DNA of 64,000 nt, taken from the NCBI GenBank assembly GCA_020631335.1, contig JAHDHK010000001.1:7836-71835 (forward strand), given 5' to 3'. A model generated the notes under the pieces. The model worked only from the letters and a program-made list of their open reading frames with translations. It did no database searches and was not told where the DNA came from. This document shows, piece by piece, positions 59,732 through 64,000 of the stretch. A program made the translations under genes and the position numbers. How positions within the stretch are numbered: position 1 is the stretch's first letter; every line of letters starts with the position of its first letter. The DNA is from Chromatiales bacterium. Its GTDB lineage: Bacteria; Pseudomonadota; Gammaproteobacteria; Granulosicoccales; Granulosicoccaceae.

Positions 59732-60478
59732 TTAGTTGGGCTGAATCCAGATCAATGTTGCCATGCGCCCGGTTCGGCCGGCATCTCTTCGATGTGAAAA
59801 AAAGTGTTGCTGATCTTGATAAGTACAGCGATAACCACCAGTCACCTGATGCACGCCCGCGTTATTCAGGTACTTCGTGCCGATAGCAAAGATGTCCGCC
59901 AGATACTTGTCCGGTGCGGGCCCTGCATTGAAACACGACTCAAACGACTTGCTGACATCGGTGAATGCACTTTTTACCTCGGCACCGACTTCAAATGCCA
60001 GCGGCCCGATGGCAGGCCCCAGCCACGCAGACAATTCACTTGCCCCAACCGGCAGGGACGCTATCGTTTTTTGAATAATGTCTGCATGCAAGCCCCGCCA
60101 GCCGCCGTGCACTGCCGCCACACAACTGCCTGACCTGTCAGCAATCAACACAGGCAGGCAATCTGCTGTCATTACGCTCAGTACACAACCCGGTCGATCA
60201 GTCCATGCGGCATCGGCCGTGGGCACACTGTTGCCCGCTGCAGGGAAATAAAGCACCTCGGCCTCATGCACCTGATTCAGCCATTGAATGGGGGACGGCA
60301 GTTGCAGATCTACTGCCAGCCGGTCGCGGTTGGTCTGAACGTCATCCGGGCAGTCTGCTACATGCTTCCCAAGATTAAAGCTGTCAAACGGGGCCTTACT
60401 GACACCGTCCAGCCGGGTTGAACTTGCCGACTTGACCTGCCCGGGGACAGACCATTCCGGATAGATGTATTTATTCAC
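59732..60478 (-). CDS. pgeF: Peptidoglycan editing factor PgeF (YfiH, laccase-domain protein)
   Basis: TADCLPVL and HGGWRG motifs. Conserved position between rluD and clpB. Overlaps rluD by 4 bp. Confidence 0.85.
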   Translation of the reverse strand: MNKYIYPEWSVPGQVKSASSTRLDGVSKAPFDSFNLGKHVADCPDDVQTNRDRLAVDLQLPSPIQWLNQVHEAEVLYFPAAGNSVPTADAAWTDRPGCVLSVMTADCLPVLIADRSGSCVAAVHGGWRGLHADIIQKTIASLPVGASELSAWLGPAIGPLAFEVGAEVKSAFTDVSKSFESCFNAGPAPDKYLADIFAIGTKYLNNAGVHQVTGGYRCTYQDQQHFFSHRRDAGRTGRMATLIWIQPN

Positions 60479-61365
60479 GGCTGATTGTCTTTCCCGAGTG
60501 TCGCGAGCAACACCTGCATATCATCCGGTAAGGAGGCCTGCCAGCGCATCTGCTCACCACTTTGCGGATGCTCAATCCCCAGCTCAGCTGCGTGCAGTGC
60601 CTGACGGGGGAACCTCACCACTGCCGCTTTCGTTTCATCACTGACACCACCGGGAATCTGCCGTCTGCCTGCATAGATATCATCACCAATTAACGGATAC
60701 CGGATATGCGCCATATGCACGCGGATCTGGTGGGTTCGGCCGGTTTCCAGCTGCACTCGAACATGGCAATGCCGTTTGAACTTTGCCGCTATTCTGAAGT
60801 GAGTCACCGCCGGCTTGCCCGACTCCACCACCGCCATTTTTTTCCGGTCCACCGGGTGCCTGCCAATGGGGGCATCAATGGTATCGCCGGCAACCGGCAC
60901 GCCGGTCACAATCGCATCGTAAACGCGATGCACTGTGCGCGCCTGAAGCTGTTGCACCAGGAGGTGATGTGATTCAAGGCTCTTAGCAACCATGACCAGT
61001 CCGCTGGTGTCTTTATCCAGCCGGTGAACAATACCCGCTCGCGGGACGGCTGCAATCTGCGGGCGGTGATACAGCAATGCATTCTGCAAAGTGCCCCGAT
61101 AGTTTCCCGGTGCAATGTGCATCACCAGCCCGGCCGGCTTGTTCAGCACCATCAGCGAATCATCTTCAAAAACGATGTCCACCGGAATATCTTCGGGCAC
61201 CACCTCCGCGGATTCGTCCGGCAGTGTGAGCGAACCGGTAATCAACTCGCCGCCCCGGACCTTTTTTTTGGGCTCAACGACCTGCCCGTCAACTACAATC
61301 GCCCCGGTTTTCAGCCAGGCCTGCAGTCGCGCACGGGAATATTGTTGTAGTTCACCAGCCAGCAC
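60475..61365 (-). CDS. rluD: 23S rRNA pseudouridine synthase RluD; the true start is probably upstream of GTG 61365
   Basis: HRLDKDTSG catalytic motif and S4 domain. The homologous N-terminal sequence continues in frame up to 61425 without any ATG, GTG or TTG. Confidence 0.9.
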   Translation of the reverse strand: MLAGELQQYSRARLQAWLKTGAIVVDGQVVEPKKKVRGGELITGSLTLPDESAEVVPEDIPVDIVFEDDSLMVLNKPAGLVMHIAPGNYRGTLQNALLYHRPQIAAVPRAGIVHRLDKDTSGLVMVAKSLESHHLLVQQLQARTVHRVYDAIVTGVPVAGDTIDAPIGRHPVDRKKMAVVESGKPAVTHFRIAAKFKRHCHVRVQLETGRTHQIRVHMAHIRYPLIGDDIYAGRRQIPGGVSDETKAAVVRFPRQALHAAELGIEHPQSGEQMRWQASLPDDMQVLLATLGKDNQP

Positions 61366-61558
61366 CTGATCAACACGAGAGCCGGACAGGGTCAGCGGGA
61401 CTTCAAAATGAATCTGCTCAGAGATGAGTTATGCTCCGTATTTGATGCCCTGGCGGGAGACGGGTTTATTACAGCAGGCGCGAGACTGACTGGATCGCAA
61501 GCGACAGTGTACCCTGCGCTCTTATAATAGTGTTTCCAGCCAGTCAGACGAACCTCTT

Positions 61559-62368
61559 ATGATAAAAACGGCACTTTCACTTCTCGCAGTTTGTATTCTG
61601 GCAACCGGGTGCAGCACCGGGCTCAAAAAAGAAGACGACCCGGGCCCATTACCAGTGGATGCAGCGACCACTGAACCGGAAGCCGGATCCCCGGAAGAAA
61701 TGTATCAGAAAGCCCGGGTGCTGCTCGATCGCGAGCAATACGAGTCGGCACTGAGCAATTTTGAAAACCTGGAAGCTACTCATCCCTTTAGTGACCGCGC
61801 AGCGCAGGCACGACTTGATATAGCCTACGCCTACTACAAACTGAATGAGCATCAAAGTGCAATTGCCGCCGCTGATCGCTTTCTAAAGCTCTATCCACAG
61901 CACGAAAAAGCCGATTATGCTTATTACATAAAAGGGCTGGCCAATTTCACGCGCGGTCGGTCAATTTTCGAAAGCCTGGTGTCAAGAAAGCTCGAGCGGC
62001 TCGATCAGTCAGCGCTTCGGCTTTCATTCAACGACTTCTCCACACTGGTCAATCGATATCCACAAAGCTCATACAGCGAAGATTCAAAATCCCGCATGGC
62101 CACTCTGCGCAATGCAATGGCACTGCATGAGCTCAACACAGCAGAGTATTATTTCGGCCGTAGTGCCATGGTCGCCACCATTAACCGGGTCAATGCAATG
62201 CTGGAAACCTACCCGGAATCGACTCACACCGCAGACGGTCTGGCATTACTGGCGCGAGCGCACCTGGCGCTGGGCAACCGGGAGCTGGCAGCGCAAACCG
62301 TAAAAACGCTTAAAAACGAGCAGCCAGATCACCCGGATCTGCGAGTGTTGGGCGCTGTACAAGGTTAA
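61559..62368 (+). CDS. bamD: Outer-membrane protein assembly factor BamD
   Basis: Lipobox LATG-C and TPR-like repeats. Divergent from rluD, as in E. coli. Confidence 0.85.
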   Translation: MIKTALSLLAVCILATGCSTGLKKEDDPGPLPVDAATTEPEAGSPEEMYQKARVLLDREQYESALSNFENLEATHPFSDRAAQARLDIAYAYYKLNEHQSAIAAADRFLKLYPQHEKADYAYYIKGLANFTRGRSIFESLVSRKLERLDQSALRLSFNDFSTLVNRYPQSSYSEDSKSRMATLRNAMALHELNTAEYYFGRSAMVATINRVNAMLETYPESTHTADGLALLARAHLALGNRELAAQTVKTLKNEQPDHPDLRVLGAVQG

Positions 62369-62628
62369 AAATCGCAACGGCAGACAATTCATTGACTGCC
62401 ATGACAAAGATTTATTGTAAAAGCTGACCCCTCTCACACACCAACCTAAGCCACTAAAACAAAAGCGTTTTAGTGGTGACTTGCTACCAGCAAAACACCA
62501 CATCCCCACTGTCTCCTCGCAGAATCATTAAGAAACCCGAATTGCTGGCGATAAAGCCTTTGATGGGTCTTTGCCCATTCTATAAAAATCTAAACGTTTA
62601 ATTCCTATACTTCTCTGGAGACAGGTAT

Positions 62629-63051
62629 ATGCTCAAGCAAGCACAAAAAGGCTTCACACTCATCGAATTGATGATTGTGATTGCGATCATCGGTATTCTG
62701 GCGGCAGTCGCCGTTCCTCAGTACGGTCAGTACACAAAGCGAGCTAAGTTCGCTGACGTTGTAAACCAGACTGCACCTTACAAAGCAGCGGTTTCTCTGT
62801 GTGTTCAGGATCTGAACCAGACTGGCGGTTGTGATCACAACACCAACGGTATTCCTAACACCATCACTAACAACGGTGACCTGGCCTCACTGACTGTTGC
62901 CAACGGTACTATCACTGCCACTGGTTCTACTCAGGTAGATTCCGAGACTTACATTCTCACTCCTACCTGGACTGCTTCTACAAACACACTGGATTGGGTT
63001 GTTGATGCTTCCAGTACTTGTGGTGAAGCTAACCTGTGTAAAGAAGGTTAA
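62629..63051 (+). CDS. pilA: Type IVa pilin (major pilin candidate)
   Basis: Prepilin leader [32 protein letters not shown]. Two Cys pairs, including a C-terminal disulfide loop CGEANLC. Confidence 0.9.
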   Translation: MLKQAQKGFTLIELMIVIAIIGILAAVAVPQYGQYTKRAKFADVVNQTAPYKAAVSLCVQDLNQTGGCDHNTNGIPNTITNNGDLASLTVANGTITATGSTQVDSETYILTPTWTASTNTLDWVVDASSTCGEANLCKEG

Positions 63052-63080
63052 TAATCAACCTTCGATGACAGTTGTAGCCT

Positions 63081-63109
63081 GCCGGGGTGAGTGCTTCACC
63101 CCGGCTTTT
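63081..63109 (+). terminator. Rho-independent terminator after the first pilin gene
   Basis: GCCGGGGTGA-gtgc-TTCACCCCGGC followed by TTTT. Confidence 0.7.
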
Positions 63110-63263
63110 ACCCGACTCAGGGTAACAGGCACTCTGGAACGAGTTGCCACAGTTTAATATTCGGCCAGACAAAGACCCTGGCCTGAAGTTTTACTCATTC
63201 GATATTTTTCCAACTCCCTACAAAGCAGCAGCTGAAAACCTGCTCATCGCGGATCACTGTCCC

Positions 63264-63680
63264 ATGAAAAAGTTCAACGGTTTCACTCTGATTGAGTTAA
63301 TGATTGTAATCGCAATCATTGGAATCCTGGCATCGGTGGCAGTGCCGATGTATGGCAACTACACCAAGCGCGCCAAATTCGCAGACGTCATTAACCAGAC
63401 GTCCACGTACAAAACAGCGGTGTCCCTGTGCGTTCAGGACAACAACACCAACGTCGGCTGCGACCACAACACCAATGGCATCCCGAACGCAATCGCAAAC
63501 AAGGGAGATCTCGCCTCTCTGACAGTATCAGACGGCCAGATTACCGCCATCGGTAATGGTGAGGTAGATAACGCAGACTTCATTCTGACGCCTACATGGA
63601 CCGCCTCTACCAACACTCTCGACTGGGTGGTAGACGCAGCCAGCACCTGTGGTGAAGCACAACTCTGCAAGGAAGGCTAG
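63264..63680 (+). CDS. Type IVa pilin paralogue
   Basis: Leader [30 protein letters not shown], starting at ATG 63264. About 80% identical to the first pilin over the mature region by manual count. Confidence 0.9.
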   Translation: MKKFNGFTLIELMIVIAIIGILASVAVPMYGNYTKRAKFADVINQTSTYKTAVSLCVQDNNTNVGCDHNTNGIPNAIANKGDLASLTVSDGQITAIGNGEVDNADFILTPTWTASTNTLDWVVDAASTCGEAQLCKEG

Positions 63681-63905
63681 CAGCTCAAAGCATTACACGC
63701 TGCTAAGCAAACCGCGCACGTTATGCATAAGGCTTCGTACACAGGCAATTGGCTCCACCACATTACCAAACCGAATCGACTCAGGCCCGGAAATGACAAA
63801 TTCCGGGTAACGCAAAAGGCACAACTAAGCTTGCCTGCACATGCTTTTTAGCTAAAAAACAATAAGGACGCTGGTTTAAACCAGTGCATCGCGGAAAACT
63901 ATCTC

Positions 63906-64000
63906 ATGAATAAGCACGTCGGTTTCACCCTGATAGAATTGATGATAGTGATGGCGATTATCGGAATTCTTGCATCGGTAGCCTCGCCCATGTACGGCAA
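63906..64000 (+). CDS. Third type IV pilin gene, 3' end cut by the window edge
   Basis: ATG 63906 gives [31 protein letters not shown]. Confidence 0.8.
   Translation, partial: MNKHVGFTLIELMIVMAIIGILASVASPMYG

Noticed and set aside
63144-63263. The 40-codon N-terminal extension of the second pilin ORF, and similar upstream extensions at 2007-2069, 3954-4037, 19145-19195, 24629-24673, 29413-29472 and 59613-59630
   Set aside because: In each case the internal ATG gives a canonical N-terminus (prepilin leader, lipobox, signal peptide, or conserved family start) and usually has a Shine-Dalgarno sequence. The extensions have neither.
1-64000. CRISPR arrays, IS elements, prophage or known defence-system genes
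   Set aside because: I saw no regularly spaced repeats, no transposase, integrase or reverse-transcriptase ORFs, and no nuclease/helicase/methylase clusters. The window reads as core and metabolic chromosome.

Overview
A 64-kb, densely coding chromosomal segment, probably from a marine gammaproteobacterium. The evidence for that placement is the rluD-pgeF-clpB / bamD synteny and E. coli-like tRNA-Glu(UUC) and tRNA-Ala(GGC). I saw no transposase, integrase, phage gene, CRISPR array or rRNA. Content, 5' to 3': a truncated sulfatase and a GH-A-like lipoprotein; a secreted S33 alpha/beta hydrolase translationally coupled to a NatAB-type ABC-2 exporter; a frameshifted MFS gene; a signal-less PBP-fold gene; a complete nickel-pincer cofactor operon larA-larC-larE-larB; fpr; a Tat-signal thioredoxin-fold gene whose first CxxC cysteine codon is TGA; a DMT transporter; a DddP-like M24 protein; a P-loop kinase; a tandem-GFA protein; ybcJ; and a sulfotransferase. 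Next is a 12.4-kb minus-strand locus: MocR regulator, HIBADH-like dehydrogenase, PotABCD-type ABC importer, soxBDAG. Then come ugpQ; a TetR-MFP-RND efflux operon; LysR; a Cys-type GrdB/PrdB-family protein at the end of a liv-type ABC operon; tRNA-Glu; a GGDEF cyclase, fliA, fleN, an orphan 349-aa ORF, fleQ and divergent flgM; tRNA-Ala and gltX; a PP2C phosphatase; clpB-pgeF-rluD and bamD; and three tandem type IVa pilin genes, the last cut by the window edge. The most noteworthy items are: (1) the candidate UxxC selenoprotein thioredoxin at 14907-15305; (2) the condensed FleQ / orphan ORF / FleN / FliA / DGC / FlgM regulatory module lying between two tRNAs with no flagellar structural genes nearby; (3) the lar operon, whose LarA homologue has no identifiable substrate. 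All functional calls rest on motif recognition by eye; no database search was possible.
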